Source of the DNA: Callorhinchus milii
Lineage: Eukaryota
Assembly: GCF_018977255.1 (NCBI RefSeq)
Contig: NW_024704743.1
Span: forward strand, 37,822,001-37,886,000
Direction of reading: 5' to 3'
DNA: 64,000 nt
Part shown: positions 63,466-64,000 of the stretch, in pieces
Position numbering within the stretch: position 1 is the first letter of the stretch
How the letters are laid out: every line of letters begins with the position of its first letter
Program-made: the position numbers and the translations under genes
The notes under the pieces: model-generated
Seen by the model: the letters and a program-made list of their open reading frames with translations, nothing else
What the model was told of the DNA's origin: nothing
Databases searched by the model: none

Positions 63466-64000
63466 TACTGTAAATACTGTAGATGTGTTTTCTCAAAGTT
63501 GATGTAGCGAAGGAATGTAAACAGTACACACGAAGGTTATAATGAACAAATGCTTCTTTCTCCTAATTAAGCTTCCTCATCTGCTTGTTTTGAAGAGAAA
63601 GCTGCAAGCCCTCGACTGGATATGATGTAGGATAATTACTTTAATCAGTGCCACATTCAGCTGTCACTGTTAACTGCTTCTTTAAATGATAATGAGTTAG
63701 ACAGTAAGCAAAAAAAAACCTGGTCTCAGATTGCTGACCATATCTGCAAATGGACACACACATTCCTTTTCTGTCTCTTTTTCTCTCTGGCAGGGAGGGA
63801 GACACAAAGTAATAATAAATAATAATCCTGGCATTTGATCCCCACCCCACCCCCACCCAACAGTTCTTAAAAAGAAGCAGCTTCCAAATTAAAGGCATAA
63901 TATGTGGATGAACAACTACACTGTAGGTTGAGAATGATCACAGATTATTTGGGTGTTCGCCAGCAAAGCTAGGCAATTACTGGGACCAATGTCACAGCAG

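Overview
Eukaryotic genomic DNA, not prokaryotic. The repeat content suggests a cartilaginous fish, probably a chimaera/holocephalan (inference). The whole window lies inside one minus-strand gene, NEK11 (NIMA-related kinase 11). Seven exons splice in frame with GT-AG sites and match NEK11: 62628-62692, 52676-52802, 42200-42349, 42022-42100, 40661-40746, 25868-25987 and 23508-23601. They encode the C-lobe of the kinase (HRDLK, DFG, SPE, DIW) and the coiled-coil. A further in-phase linker exon lies at 18863-19004 and a candidate exon at 8194-8446. The first and last exons fall outside the window. The introns are dense with decayed CR1 and L2 LINEs, tRNA-Ala-derived SINEs, older SINEs and MITE-like elements, and nearly all ORFs in the supplied track are LINE fragments or noise. 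No intact mobile element or clearly new gene system was found. The most unusual observations are: (i) several 90-200 bp segments copied from elsewhere in the same locus into LINE copies, one of them inverted and 35 kb from its source; (ii) a Penelope-type palindrome with two decayed hammerhead-like cores and a 15-bp target-site duplication; (iii) relics of a non-CR1/non-L2 zinc-knuckle LINE with a 31-bp tandem tail; (iv) candidate alternative NEK11 exons; (v) an isolated ~31-bp-stem hairpin.
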